NCBI GenBank assembly: GCA_964036045.1
Contig: OZ038378.1
Location: 187,860,001-187,924,000 of the forward strand
Direction of reading: 5' to 3'
Length of the DNA stretch: 64,000 nucleotides
From: Eutreptiella sp. 'Long Island Sound 2002'
Taxonomy: Eukaryota; Protista; Euglenida
Below are positions 23,932 through 37,101 of this stretch, piece after piece (the first letter of the stretch is position 1; each line of letters opens with the position of its first letter). A program made the translations under genes and the position numbers. The notes beneath the pieces were generated by a model, which was not told the origin of the DNA, searched no databases, and worked only from the letters and a program-made list of their open reading frames with translations.

Positions 23932-24867
23932 ATGAGATCCTGTTGCAAATCTGCTTTCGGTCAATGTGCGTGGAGGGTCATCAGCGTGGAGTGGCGTTGC
24001 GTTTGGGGGGGGGGGGTCTGCTTGATTCTGGAGGCTGATAGCATTAGCAATGACCGGGACAGGCACTGATGATTGCAATGAGACTGTGCTTGCACCAGCA
24101 GGGAAACACCGTAAATACCGTAAACAATGGACGGCTATCGGTCTTATGGCCCAGCTACACCACCTGCAGGGATCGCGTTTGAGAGGCAGAAAATTATTTT
24201 GGGACCAATTTCAGTGTCACCTCAGACACCATTTTCTTTTATGGAATCTTCCTAATTGGCGAATTAGAATGTCATGTCAAGTCAGTTGTGGTTACTTCCT
24301 GTTTCCACCCATGCCAAGTTGCACATCAAGCAGCAGGATTAGTGAAGACACAGAGCTGTCAGGTGTGACCCTCATCAGAGTGCATATGGAGAGGTTGGAT
24401 ATTTTAGGTGGAGGGACCCCCACCCCCCCCTCAGGTCAGAGGGAGCATACTCAGCCTGTGCGGCTGACCTATTATACCGTCTACACTGACCCCTGACCGG
24501 ATTGGACACCCTGAAGCGCTACCTTGGACACAAGGTTTGCGAGATCGTCAAAGAGACCGTCAAGGGTGTACTCGTCTAATTGATATCCCCTTCGGGATTG
24601 TAATATATTGGCCCCTGGGCGTCGCGTTGACAAGGAGTGTCTAGAGGCCTCACACTGTATTCATCCCGCATCCTGACCGGACCATGCGCTTTCTGTGTCC
24701 TACCCCTGCGGCCGCTTGCCTCCCTCAACCCACTTCCTCACACGCGCACATGGGTGTTGGCGCTCTGTTCAGGTTGTGTGCGAGAATCGGAGGTGCAAGG
24801 GGCTGCATCTGCGGTCCTCGGGGGATGATGCGGGCTTGCATGGAGGCATGGGGCATGACACCTGCAG

Positions 24868-24945
24868 TTCCAGCACCTCGTCGCAGGGCTCGAATGCACC
24901 GCAGAGTCCGTCTGCCAGCAAAAGGCGAGCCCGTGACATGGAAGC

Positions 24946-24985
<40 letters not shown>

Positions 24986-25061
24986 CTAGAACACTTGCAG
25001 CAGTGGAACTTGTGGTGGCAGCAAGTAGCCACATTCTTGGCCAACCGACAAGCGCCCAAAG
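24868..25061 (+). CDS. Exon 2 of TQT-motif protein (polyQ exon)
   Basis: The CTGCAG| acceptor is phase 2 and completes GAT (giving TQTD). It encodes SSTSSQGSNAP..Q12..WNLWWQQVATFLANRQAPK. Donor G|GTTGTG at 25062 (phase 1). Confidence 0.65.
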
Positions 25062-25493
25062 GTTGTGCATTGAGGGTGTTCTACTCGCGAGGCTGGAGGG
25101 TAATGGGTACCTCCAGGAGTGTGCGATGGGAGGGTGCTCATTTGACAACACCTTTAGGTCACCGTGCGCAGACAAGACTGGGCTGGCGCAAGGAGGAGGG
25201 AGGGCAGGTGTGTGTAGTCACACTGCGCAGAAGTCAACGGAGAATTTGATGCAACAAACATCAGAGCCCCCCCGAACGATTCCGTAGGTCTATGCGTCCC
25301 TTCGTAGTCGTCCATTGGTTTGTGTCGTGTCGAAGCCCTCGGTGTGCCCTCCCCTGCAGGTGTATTTTCTGTTAACAAAATATGCTACAAACAGACCTCC
25401 AAAAGGAGGATTTTTTTTTCGAATGTGCGAAAGTTTTCAAAAAAGAAATCACTTTTGAATTTTTGGGGAAATTTGCGGGCGCTACGGACATAC

Positions 25494-25736
25494 CAGGGCT
25501 GTCTTTAGTGCCAAAAAAAAAAAAAAGCTGCCAACCTCCGGAACCCCTGGACCTCATCCATGCGCCGGCTGGCCCATATCAGCTGTCGGTGACAGGGCAA
25601 GCGGCGTTGGTTGACCATCAACCTCCGGTTAAGCTCCAACCGCCGTCGGCCAAGTGCAATCCTGCTACCCAAGACCTCAGGCCGTCCATCGTGGGGAAAC
25701 ACAAGAAAGAAATATCTCATTCCTAAAGTAGCCATG
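25494..25736. mobile_element. MITE-like element, CAGGGCTGTC(C)TTTAG terminal family (hAT-like ends)
   Basis: Left end CAGGGCTGTCTTTAG, right end CTAAAGTAGCCATG (degenerate inverse). The internal CAAGCGGCGTTGGTTGACCATCAACC is shared in inverse with 44184-44364. No TSD could be seen. Confidence 0.6.
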
Positions 25737-26416
25737 TACTCCTGCCCCCTCCCCAACCCCGGACGAAGGTTGTGGGCGGCCCCGCCGCCTTGCTGAACGT
25801 GACCAGGGGGACAAGACTCTTGTGGTGGCGTAATGGCGCCTTGCCTGGAGAGTGCAAAGATTGCTCCCAAACTGCCGAAGTTCTGGATGACGACCATCGT
25901 CAGGTTATGGCTCGGCTCGGCGACGCCGTGACCACAGTTGTTGCGGTTAAGAGGGTACCGTGACGTCGTGGTGTGAGGATTGTTGTGGGAAACGACTGAC
26001 TTGGTGGTGGAACCAAACTGTGGGCGACATGGGGCCTTTAGATTGTGCAGATGGTGCTCCCTCAGTCTGCACGCTGATGCGGAAGGAGGGGGCGTACTTT
26101 GTCGTATTATAGGACGCGCCCTTGTCTAAGCGCCACCACCGCGTGGCACTGTCTTTTTCCTGCTTTCTGCCGTGCTTCGGGAAGGGGGAGGAGGCCAATA
26201 GTTATGGGGTAAAGTTTGGGCCACCTTTTTTAAAATCCTCAAAAGTTCATTGTATGGCGACAAACTGGTGTTCCCCTTGGCGTAAGTTCGGGGGTCTGGA
26301 GGGGGCGGGGGGGGATACCCTTAAACACCCTCGTGGCCGACAGATTCCCCATTAAGAACCCCCTCCCTCCAGCAGAGCCGGCCCCACTTCGCGCGGACCT
26401 GCCTCGTCTCTTGCAG

Positions 26417-26941
26417 ACCACAGCCAGAGCGACAGCGGCAGCGGCCGAGTCTCGCGCCCCCCTCTGCCCAGTCCCGCCGCCGACCTCGTGCGCAACATGA
26501 TCACGCAGAAGCAGCAGGCGGCCGATGCCCTGCGCAACCCCGTGACCGCCGCCACCTACGCGGCGTTCCAGCAGCAGCTCTCCGGCATCCGCCGCACCCA
26601 CGAGGCCCTGAAGACCTCGCGCCTCACGCCCCACGAGCGTCTGGAGGCGTATCTGGCGGGGGCAGGGGCCTCGGTCCTGGGGCCTCTGTCGGACTTGGAG
26701 ACGGCCAGTCCTGTGGCAGTACCGCCATCGGGGGCGGCCGGTCCCGTGGCGGCCCCGGCGGTGGGGGCGGCCACTCCCCCAGCAGCACCGGGGCCAGGGG
26801 CGGCCAGTCCCAGCCCCTCTGACACCGCAGTGCCAGAGCAAGGCCTGGGCTCGACTGCCGCCACCGCGGGCAGCACCGCTGCCGCGTTTTCGGACGTGGG
26901 GGAGGAGGCTCCGGGAGAGCCCCGGGAGGAGGCGGCAAAAG
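26417..26941 (+). CDS. Exon 3 of TQT-motif protein
   Basis: CTCTTGCAG| acceptor (phase 1), high GC3, encoding DLVRNMITQKQQAADALRNP..HERLEAYL and an Ala/Pro-rich tail. Donor AAAG|GTGCGT at 26942 (phase 1). Confidence 0.75.
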
Positions 26942-27609
26942 GTGCGTTGTGCAGTTTTGAGGCGTGTTTTTCTGTTGCGGACCCTTCAATGGACGAGAGA
27001 GATTGCTCTCCAACTGCAGGTCCTGTTTAACTGCCATCGCTTGCTCTTCAACTGCCGGCGATCCCTCTTCCATTGCCTTCGGTTACGCCTCTGCCAACAG
27101 TTTACCCTTTTGGCCGTTGTTGTTCTGCAACTCCGTCGTTGCTGTCTATTGACTGCGGTTGGCTGCTGTCTGTTACTTCTGCATGCTAAGGGGTAGCAGT
27201 TACTGGAAATGAGGTAGGGCCTGAGTGAGATCCTGCTTCGGTTGGTGCTGCATTGGGCTGTGGGTGAGCCCCCTAGCTGGTCAAATGTGGAGGCTGCATG
27301 TGTCTGATGCCTACCAATTGCTTTTCTTTTTTTTCTCTTTCTTGTTCTTGTTCTCTTTCTTTTTCTTTTCCTTTTTTCTCCCCCCAAGAAACAAGGCTGT
27401 GTCAGTCGCTTATTTTTTGTTGGTGTAGGTCGCGTGCACTTTTTTTTTTGGCGTCGCATGTGGAAAAAAAAGACTTGAAAATGCTGTGGCACGCGATGTA
27501 CACTTTTTTTGTTACGCGACCTACATCCCAAAAAAAGTGCATGCGGCCTACATCCACAAAAAAAAGTGCATGCGACCTACTGTCCCCGGCTTTGCAGCGT
27601 TGGCCTGTC

Positions 27610-28820
27610 GCTCGCGGCAAGGCCTGCATGAGTGACTTGTGTGAGCCAGAGGACATCTATTACCATCAACAGCACCATCCTAGAGGGGGGGCCTTGCCGC
27701 AGCCTAGGGGCTTAAAAGCGGACGCAAGCCCCTTCCCCTCCCTTTTGGTTGCAACAGTGCCCCTTAGAGCTGATGGGCGGCGTTTGTTTTCGAAAGTTAC
27801 AGTCCAATCTTTGGTGTAACCGCTTGACCTTAAGCACTCTGTGAGTGATTTTGGGACCTGTAGTGCTGAGACTCTTGTGCACAAGACCCCCCCCCCCCCC
27901 TATGGTGACAGCAGTGCCCCTTTGGGCCGATGGGGAGGGGGCTTTTTCAAAAGTTACAGTCCAATCTTTGGTGTAACCGCTTGACCCTCCACAATACATG
28001 GGACTCTCCCCATCTACTGATGGCTTCATAGTATGAAGCAGAGAATGATGCAAAATGTGTTCGGTCTTGTTCACATGAGTCCCAAAATCACCCACGGAGT
28101 GCTTATTTTGGCCCTTGGAGGGTCAAGCGGTCACACCAAAGATTGGACTGTAACCTCGGAAAACGGACCCTCCCCATCGGCTCTAAGAGGCACTGCGGCA
28201 AGGCCTGCATGAGTGACTTGTGTGAGCTAGAGGACATCTGTTGCCATGAACCGCACCATCCCAGAGGGGGGGCCTTGCCGCAGCCTAAGGGGGTGCTTAA
28301 AAGCGGACACAAGCCCCCCCTCCTACGGTAGCAACGGTGCCCCTTAGAGCAGATGGGGAGGGTCCGTTTTCCAAAGTTATAGTCCAATCTTTGGTGTGAC
28401 TGCTTGACCCTCCAAGGGGCAAAATAAGCACTCTGTGGGTGATTTTGGGAGGTATAGTGTGGAGAGTCTTGTGCACAAGACCGAATGCATTTGGCACCAT
28501 TCTCTGCTCAATACAGCCCTCAATAGATGGCAAGACTCCCATGTTTTGTGGAGACACTAGGCCCCATAAAGGGGGATAACAAGTCGGGTGTCTCGCGGCA
28601 AGGCCTGCATGAGTAACTTGTGTGAGCCATAGGACATTTGCTACCATCAACAACACATTCCTAGAGCTGGAGCCTTGCCGTAGCCCAAGGCGGGGCTTAA
28701 AAGTGGACGCAAGCCCCCCCCCCCCCTACGGTTGCAACGGTGCCCCTTAGAGCTGATGGGGAGGGTTCGTGTTTCCAACGTTATAGTCCAATCTTTGGTG
28801 TGACCGCGTGATCCTCTAGT
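27610..28820. repeat. Composite tandem array of an about 215-bp unit with an internal inversion
   Basis: GCGGCAAGGCCTGCATGAGT... starts at about 27614, 28195 and 28595. 28098-28193 is the reverse complement of 28337-28432 (about 96 bp). Confidence 0.85.
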
Positions 28821-31800
28821 GGCTAGGATAAGCAAGAGCATTGGGGGAAATGAGTCCAAAATAGCCTTTTTGCACATCGCACGGTGCGCCCCCTATGTGT
28901 GTGACGCCCAAGATCGCAGAAAAAACATCATTGCGGTCGCTATCAACATCACCTCCGTACCGCTCTGCCCACACTGCTGAAAACGTGTGGTTGGTTTGCA
29001 CACCTCACTATTATTTTGGTGCTTGATAATAAAAGGGAGGGCTAGGGGGTTGTTAGGCATTCCAAACCACTTGTTTGGGCATCCCAAGTGGTCCGGGATT
29101 TTTGGAAAAAACCATCGTTTTGGTCCCGTTGGACTTGGTGGACCCATAAGAGCGCGAACCGGTTTGGGGTTGAGCTCGCAGCCTGTGAGGCAAATGGGGA
29201 CCGGTACGGGTCCCTCCTGCCCCCCCCCCCCCCAAAAAAAGGTCTTGACCCATTTTACTTTTTGGCGGTTGGGAAAGTCAACTTTGACCCGGTGGCCCTC
29301 TCACGTGACCCACCCAGACCCCCGCCCTCAAGAAACAAACCCCCCACTATTTGTTGATTGCCCCCTTCAAAATGGCCCAAACGGAGGCCTAGACCAAACC
29401 CCCTGGACCAGTACCTTGTGAAGGATTTCCGTGACGCTTGTGCGCGGAACACCAATCCGCGTGCAAAGCCTAAGTCATTAGACACGAAGTCTGATTTGAT
29501 GTACAAGTGTGTGTCTGTCGACTTCTTATAGTTGGACCCATGCCATGATGGTCGCATGGGAAGAATGTAGTTGGCCCGAGGTGACCGGACCCAAGTGGTA
29601 TCACTGAGTTGAGCTTCACACCGGCAGCGCCTGCAGCAATATAGTCCTTTGATACCGCTTGCAAAAGGCCGAAGGGCAAATTGCATTTTTTGTGTGCAAT
29701 CATGATGAGCACCTCATATGGGTGTGCTCAAACATTATTTCTCAATGTAGTTGGCCCGAGGTGACCGAACTCAAGTGGAATCACTGACTTGAGCTTCACA
29801 AAAAGGTTTTTTTTCCACACGTGACCTACCCACCCCCCCCAAAAAAAAGTGCACATGATTTACGCTTGAAAATTTTTTTTCGCCGAAAAAAAACGCAACA
29901 TATGCCAAAAAAAAAGTGCATACGACGGATGCCGAAAAAAAAAAAAGATGCGACTTACACTTTTTCCCGCAATTGACCTACGCTTTCCTCAACAAGGCCC
30001 CTATGTACCCGGTTTTTCAAGGACCCATGGATATTTTGTTTGCCCCCCCATTTTCCGGCACGGGTTTCGGGGGACCTAGGGTTAGGAAGATTTCTTGCCA
30101 TTTTCCATGCACATTTTGCCATGACAGAATTCCATTTTGCCTTGTCATTCTCTACTTACAAACCATTGTGTGCATGCTTTTGTCACAGATTTCCTCTTCT
30201 CCATGTTCTTGGTTGCACATTATTTGGTGACTGTTGTTTGTATGAGGAAGACGTGTTTCTGTTGCGCACCTTGCCACTCAGCTGATTCCACACACAAATG
30301 GACCCTCCTGTGGCATTTTTGCCGCATGAGGGCAACTTGTTTATGTTGAAACGCAAAGTTGTTCGGCGTGGCAGCAACAACCCTGTGTATAGTGACCAAA
30401 CCAGCCATAAGACATCAAACATCATACGTCAGACCTTTGTGGACCGCCATTACCCAACAACAACCCCACCTCCCCCACCCATCCCCCCTAATGATTGTAC
30501 TACATCAGCCCCCCCCCCCCCCCAAAACAAGGACCCCCCTTATCACCACATCAGGTATCCCCCGGGGCCCCAATGGATGGTGAGACCCCCCCCCCCCCCC
30601 ATGAACAGTGGTCCCCGCCCCCTTACATTGGCTTGACCCCCCCCAACTTGGTGGGCCCCCCCCCCAAAAAAAACAAGTGAAGCGGAAAATATTGAACAGG
30701 ACCCCCCTCACCCCTTCTCTTTGTGGTTAGATTAGTGCATCTTTGCCCAGGCAACCGACGTGATCCTTTGTCCAAAAGTTCTGTGACTTGGAGCAAACAT
30801 GGAAAAGCCCATGCAAACTGCAAATGCCATGGAAAATGTGGGAAAACATCATGGAAAATATGTTAATTTGCCTCTCTGCCCTTGCTCTCCACCCTCTTGT
30901 ACAAGCAACCAATGTCGAACAATATTGATGCACTCTGCCCAAAGGATCATTGCGTGGAGAACATGGGAGGGGTCACATAACATGGTAACATGCAAATTAG
31001 CCAACGGTGAGGGGTAGGGTCGTGGAGGTGGCTGCAGGTAGCTGTTATGTGCACACCAGGGGAGCGTGGTCTGTTTTCTTTCACTCTACAGCTACCAGGA
31101 CATGTGTTTCGCTGCCACGGCGAATCACATGTCTTGAAAGAACCTACTTCTCCCCATTGCCCCCCCCCCCCCCCCGGTTTTCCCCCAGCCCCCCCAATTC
31201 CCCCATTTCTTGCCCCTTTCCCAGCCTTTCCCCCCATTTTTCCATTTCCCCCCATTTTCCACAGGTCATTTGGGTATTTGGGGCTTCCGGATTTGGGTAC
31301 ATAGGAGGCTTGGAGAAAGGTTAAGGTAGGAAGCCGTGCTGCAAGGGGTGCATCAAGGAACAGTTTTGCGATAGGATAGCCACACATGCGAGGAGGGACT
31401 GGGTGCATAGCGAGGTATGTTGTGCTGCTCTGCTCCAACCCAATCAGAAACAGCCATCCTCATTTTTGTACCCAACTACGGCATACCTTGAGGCGGCCCT
31501 CCCTCATGACCACAGCACAGGCCCCAGTCACGGCTCGCCTCCCCAATTGCCCTTTGTCAAGCGACCAGCGGACAGCCCAGCATCACCCCTAAATTGGGGG
31601 GTTTCCTCAGGGCAGTCACTGGGAGTAGGCACATGTGGAGGCTTGTGGAGGTTTCGGTCAGTCGGTTTGGTCAAACACAGAGCACAACCAGCCCCCTCAC
31701 GAATCCGGCCACCGGACTCACTGTGGGAGCCCGTCTGCCCTCCTGGCCTCCAGAACTCATCCAGAGGCAACCAAAGTGGGCCATGAGCAGGCCTTGTGTC

Positions 31801-32006
31801 GAGCCTGTGCTGGCTGTCACTAGTTTTCTGCGGCCAATCGACACTGGGATGTTCAAGCGCTCCTGGCCTCTTCCGCCTGTTGGCTGTCCTGCCCTTCTTT
31901 TATGCGAGGGTTGTGGATGGAGAAGCAGAGTTTCCTATGCTTTTGGAGGGCTGCAGAGGGTTGTGGAGGGTTGTGGAGGCACGCCGCCTGTCCCCATCCT
32001 CTGCAG

Positions 32007-32356
32007 ATCCTTCAGCGGCCCCTACTGCAGCTGTTGGCCCTTCGGTGGGCGCCCCCCCACCCTCATCCCCATGCTCCTCCGCCGGCGCGTCCCCCCACCT
32101 GCCCCCCGTGGCCCCGCCCTACGGGGCCGGCCTGCCGCCCCCATGGGCGTATGCCCCGTACCCGTCGCCCTACGCCCCGCAGCCCATGTACATGTGGGGC
32201 CCCGAGCCTGCGAGCCCTGCTCCAGGGGCGTACGGGTACTACCCATACGCCCCGGCCTGGCCTCCGCCATCCCCGCATCCGTTGCATCCGATGGGCTTCG
32301 AAGGGCACATGTGGGCACAGCCCCGGAGGACAAGCCAACTCGCCCCGACCTCATGA
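32007..32356 (+). CDS. Exon 4 (probably terminal) of TQT-motif protein, Pro/Tyr-rich
   Basis: The CTCTGCAG| acceptor is phase 1 and compatible with exon 3. It encodes PPYGAG..YAPYPSPYAPQPMY..YGYYPYAPAW, with TGA at 32354-32356. The four exons total 1665 nt (555 codons). Confidence 0.6.
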
Positions 32357-35300
32357 CTCCCACCAAAGTGGATTTGAGTGATTATGGGCCGGTGGCACTG
32401 GAGCACCACCTTGGACGCAACCGGATGATAGAAAGTGCGCCTACGCTCGGTTTGGGAGACAAGTCCACCAAGCTCATTGATTACAGGAGTTGCTTGCATG
32501 CGTTTTTTGGGGGAGGGGTAAATGGCGGTTGGGGCGGGATCAAAAAATGGTCTGGCTAGGGCCCACTACTCTGGGCGGGGAACAGGCACGCTGGGGTTCT
32601 GCAGAGGTTGCACTGGGAAATGGGTGGTGGCCAGGCTGGTGCACGTGCCATTCCCCGACACCGTCTTTTCTGAGTCCACAATCTCCTCGGTTTTTGCGTT
32701 TCGATGCACCGCTGGACGTGGCACCCCGCAGGACGGCAGGATAGCCTCAGACTGCTGACGTCCGACCCAGACTGGAAGCCAGTGCATATCCCAAACACCC
32801 CAGTACGTGTGTCCTGCACGTCACGTGTGCATTTTGCGCCCCAAAAAGAATATTGGATCTGAAGCCCGGTTTCGTTTCTCTGCTGTGCCTGCGCTCCATC
32901 ACAGGCACCCAAAAGGCAAAACCTACCCCCCCCGCCCCCCCAAAAGCGCACACCTGCACCATTTTCTTGAGGCCGTGCTATGTGCAGACCGCTCTGAAAT
33001 GCATAAATGCAGTAGGTTCTCGCTCTGACAGTGCATTTCGGTTTCTCACACCAATTTGCATCATCCTTCATTCCTGCTCCTTGCTGAAGTTATGTGCCTG
33101 TCAGTGGTTGCAATCCAGCAGCTCTTGGGAGGTGGCCGTGTTAAACAAGGTGTCTACCAAAGGTTCCACCAACACCTTCGCTTTGCTCACCTCAATTCCC
33201 CTCCAAAACACACACATGCGCGAGCCATTTAAGCCGCATGAGGTGCGTTCTCCGCATTTCTTTTTAAGCCTTGGCATTGGCAGTTTGGCAGACCCATATC
33301 TTTGTTGGGTCGTTGCGCATGTTCAGGGGGGTGGGGGGCATTGCCAGGGGAAACCATGTCTTTAGAGGGATGCTGCTGTGATCTGGTGCATTGTGGTGTA
33401 TTGTGGTGTATTTCCCTGTGTGGCATTTTGCACATTGGGATTTTCGAGGATGGCTCCACAAACTTGTCCCTGGGCCAGTCGTTGCCCACCCCCTGTCTGT
33501 CCATCACGTCCATTTTTGCACGAATAGCACTCATCTGACTCTTGAGTGCTGGATTGTTGGCTGGCATGTCTCTCCCTTGGGCTTGCCACCGCTGGTTGTT
33601 GTCCATTTTTGCTCCGTGGCTTCTCTACGCCGCATGAGGTGCAGGTTCCGCAACTTTCCGTCTTTATACTGCGGTCTGGGCCTGGGGGAGGCGGGGCTCC
33701 TACATAGAGGCTCATAACCACTGCTGCCTCCTGCGGCACACCTTGACAACGTGTGCCCAGTGTGTGCCTTCTGACAGCCGCAAATTGCATAAAGTGTGTG
33801 TCTTGAAATGTGGTTTTGCGTATGCCGCCCTTTTACTCACACGCATTAGCTTGCAGTATGGCCCAGTCGCAGACCAAGGGGAGGCACACAAAAATGGGGC
33901 GGTGGGGATGGGGGAGCGTTGTGTTGCTGAATGCCAGCACAGGAATGAATGGACGGTATCGAGTGACAGTCTTGAAGGATAGAATGGACAATGTCCAATG
34001 CAGGGCCCGAGTCTTTCACTGTGCGCTTTCACACGGGGGGTATTTGGGGGCAACCGTTTGTTGCTGCATTGCACAAACCAGGAATCCTCTGTGCACGTTT
34101 TACAGCCGTGACTCTTGCATATATGTAGAATAATAGCAGGTCTCCTGAAGATCTCATGACCAGTCTTCTCCAGAGAGCATGCCCGGGGGTAATCGCCCGT
34201 CTTGTGGCCAATGACCTGCCTGTCAACCGGCGAGGACCCTGCAGGACTGCGCTTTTCAGCGCCGGGGTTTTCGCAATGCTGGTGCAATGCAAGGCTGGGC
34301 CCGCCCCCCAACGACTGTGGACACTAGCTTTTGAATCCCATTTCCCGATCTTGGTCTGCTACTGCCTGGACTCCAGGGCGGACTGGAAGCCTGCCAAGCA
34401 TACGCCTCATGTGCCTTGCTTCCATCCCTCAATGTTACTGCCTCTGACTCGTATGACCTATCTGACCATAGATTTTAGAGGCCCCTTTCGCCTGAAGACC
34501 GTTGGGCGGGGCTGACAGTGTCCTTACACTGACCCTCCACCCTCAGCACACCATAGTTTGCGTCTGCACGGGACACACTGGGACGTAACATAACGGGCGT
34601 TACTTCCCCCCCAATTCACTGGAAAACCCACCCCTGACGCACCCACTCCCCTCGGGCGTTGGAGATCTGCCACACCAAGTAACGAGGTGCTGCAGTCCGA
34701 TGACCACCACCTGGCGTCGTGCCATCGGCCCTTAGAGACACAAAATAACAGAAATGCCTCATTCCTAAACAAGACCGTGGACCTGCATCTCATACCAGTG
34801 CTGGATTGGCTGACTCAGGACCACATGTCCCTGTTGCAACCCTCTTTGATGATCACTGGCTCACAAAAGTACCATGATCCCCCCATTAGACCTTCTCGCT
34901 GCGAGCCAACACTTGCAGCAGGAGTGACAGTGCCCTCCTCACTGACCTTTAGCCATCAATCTGACCGGAGATTCACATTTGAACATACCTTAACCTGGGC
35001 ACACATGTTGGCGCTGCAGTTTGAACCTGCAGACCCTGCATCTATGTTTCCTGTAGAATGGGGCAGTGGCGAGTCATAACCACTCCAGCTCCGAATTGAG
35101 GCTATTTGCCTGCGATAATATCCCACACTTGCACAGAGCCTGTTGCAAAGTACACAACTGCAACTGCAAAGGTGCGCGAAGCTGCCCCTGTTCCATTATT
35201 GAAAGGATTTTGGCAGGACAACCTGTTGCGCAGGCCAGGAAATTCACTCAGACCCCCCGTATTTGCTCACAGTTTCTTTCTTGGATTTTCTTAACGGAAC

Positions 35301-37101
35301 AGGATGACTCTCCAGCAGTAGTTTCGTTTAGTTCGATCCTGCGCCAGGCTTGAAACATCGCACGCTGATTTTCGGGATTTGCGAAGTAAGGAATGAGCAG
35401 CAAGCATCCACAAGGCATCAAGAAATAACAGCAACCATGAAGAAGCCACCAAGAATTAGCAGTAATCATCCAAAAGCCACCAAAAATTAATAGCAACCAA
35501 GTAGCAAGCATCAAAAAGTTTTTGAGAATGAACAGCAAGCATCCAGGAGCGTCCAAGCATTTTCAACAAGCATCCACAAACATGTAGAAAGTAATAACAA
35601 GCAGCCCAGAAGCCTCCGCGGTGCTCCATTTTTGGGGGTCCTTAGGAATGACTTTCTCCCCACAGTTTGTTCCAACACGTTGAGCGGTGCGCGTGTGGTG
35701 CAGGTTATCCCCTGAACAATCTGATCCTGCGCTTAGATACGGTGATGCACACATATCCATAGACAACGCAACAAGACACTGCTGAAAAAAATTTAGACAG
35801 CGATTTGTGCTTGTGCAAGAGGGAAGTAATTCACAAGGGCTCTGCACACCTGGCACAATTCAAGTTCAAAGACATGCCTTGCTAACCTGTGAACAGAACC
35901 TCCGGAAGACTGAACAAAACCATCTGCCAAGATCTTCGTGAACCATTGAAGCGGTGTTGTTGAGACACTAAGGCACTCATTGGGAGCCTTGTAGTCCAAA
36001 AAGCAGAGCAAATCCCATACATCCAAGTTTTTCAAGTCCCTCAATATGGCACAGCACATGCACAAAATACTAGGGCATAATAGGAGGTTTGCCGGGGCAT
36101 GTCCGGTTCTAGTCATTGGATAAGCAGTGGTTAGACAATGAGGAGGACCTGCCAGACCTGTCCTTCATAGCTTGCCTTTCTCCCCATATGCTTGTATTGG
36201 AACCAATCTTAGCACCGCAACCAAAGGGGGTAAGATGCCACATGTGGAATCATGGCTGTTGCGGTTCCATACGTTGTGGGGACTCAAGACGACCAAGGAT
36301 GTGAATATTTCATATTTACAAGAAGAAAAGCGAGAGAAGATGGCAGTGGAGGGCACACGTTTGAGATTACCTTACAAGCGTAACTGCAGATTCTGCAGAC
36401 TCAAGCACCTGCCACCACAAGAGGCAGCAAAATATGGGACCACAACTGCCACAGTCAGTAGGTCCCGGGCAAATATGATGCAGTAGGTGGCACTGGAGAG
36501 TTCTGATTGCACTGAACCATGCTGATGTTGCCCTCCTGCTTGTGGAAGGGGAATAGGGGTTGTCGGAGGCAAGGGCATGTGCACAGTAGGTGCACAATCA
36601 TTCAACCATTCACGGGGCTAATCATGCCCCAAACTTGTTTTGCGGAGGTACATTTGGCGCCCTTTCAGAGGCAGGGTTGTGAGGTGCTCGTTGTTGGAGG
36701 CTTCACTTCATATCTTCTGGTGACTTGTGTTATGTGGTTAGCGAGTTGGTAGGTTTGTGCTTCCCCTAGTCACTCTCAAGGGGGTGGGCCTGCCTGTGGC
36801 CAATTGTCGTAGTCCTGGTGAGCCCCGCCCCCCTGCATGCGTGCCTACAAGAGCACCTACAGGTGGCCACATAGGTAGCCACAATTCAGCAGCTCAATGC
36901 TAGCGATACACAGGGACGCCGCCGGGACAACAATATTGGGAGTGGGTGTCCCAAGCATGGCACACGGTGCTTACCATCATGGACGCCCAGCCGCTAGAGG
37001 CATGGATAGAGCTCCAAGCGGCGGCGGTGGCACTTTTCAGGTACCCAGCCCGGTGCTTGATCCACAAGTGCACGGGGCAACCCAACAAGGGGCCCCTATA
37101 T

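Noticed and set aside
29255-29812. Penelope-like RT thumb motif (YKKSTDTHLY) and a duplicated 60-bp block
   Set aside because: It is a single short motif with no other RT or GIY-YIG features nearby.
33200-36800. Intact retrotransposon (gag/APE/RT-like fragments, also 9980-11100, 38000-39700, 56570-57240)
   Set aside because: Only faint, frameshifted similarities were seen. They are probably old retroelement debris but cannot be assigned or bounded from sequence alone.
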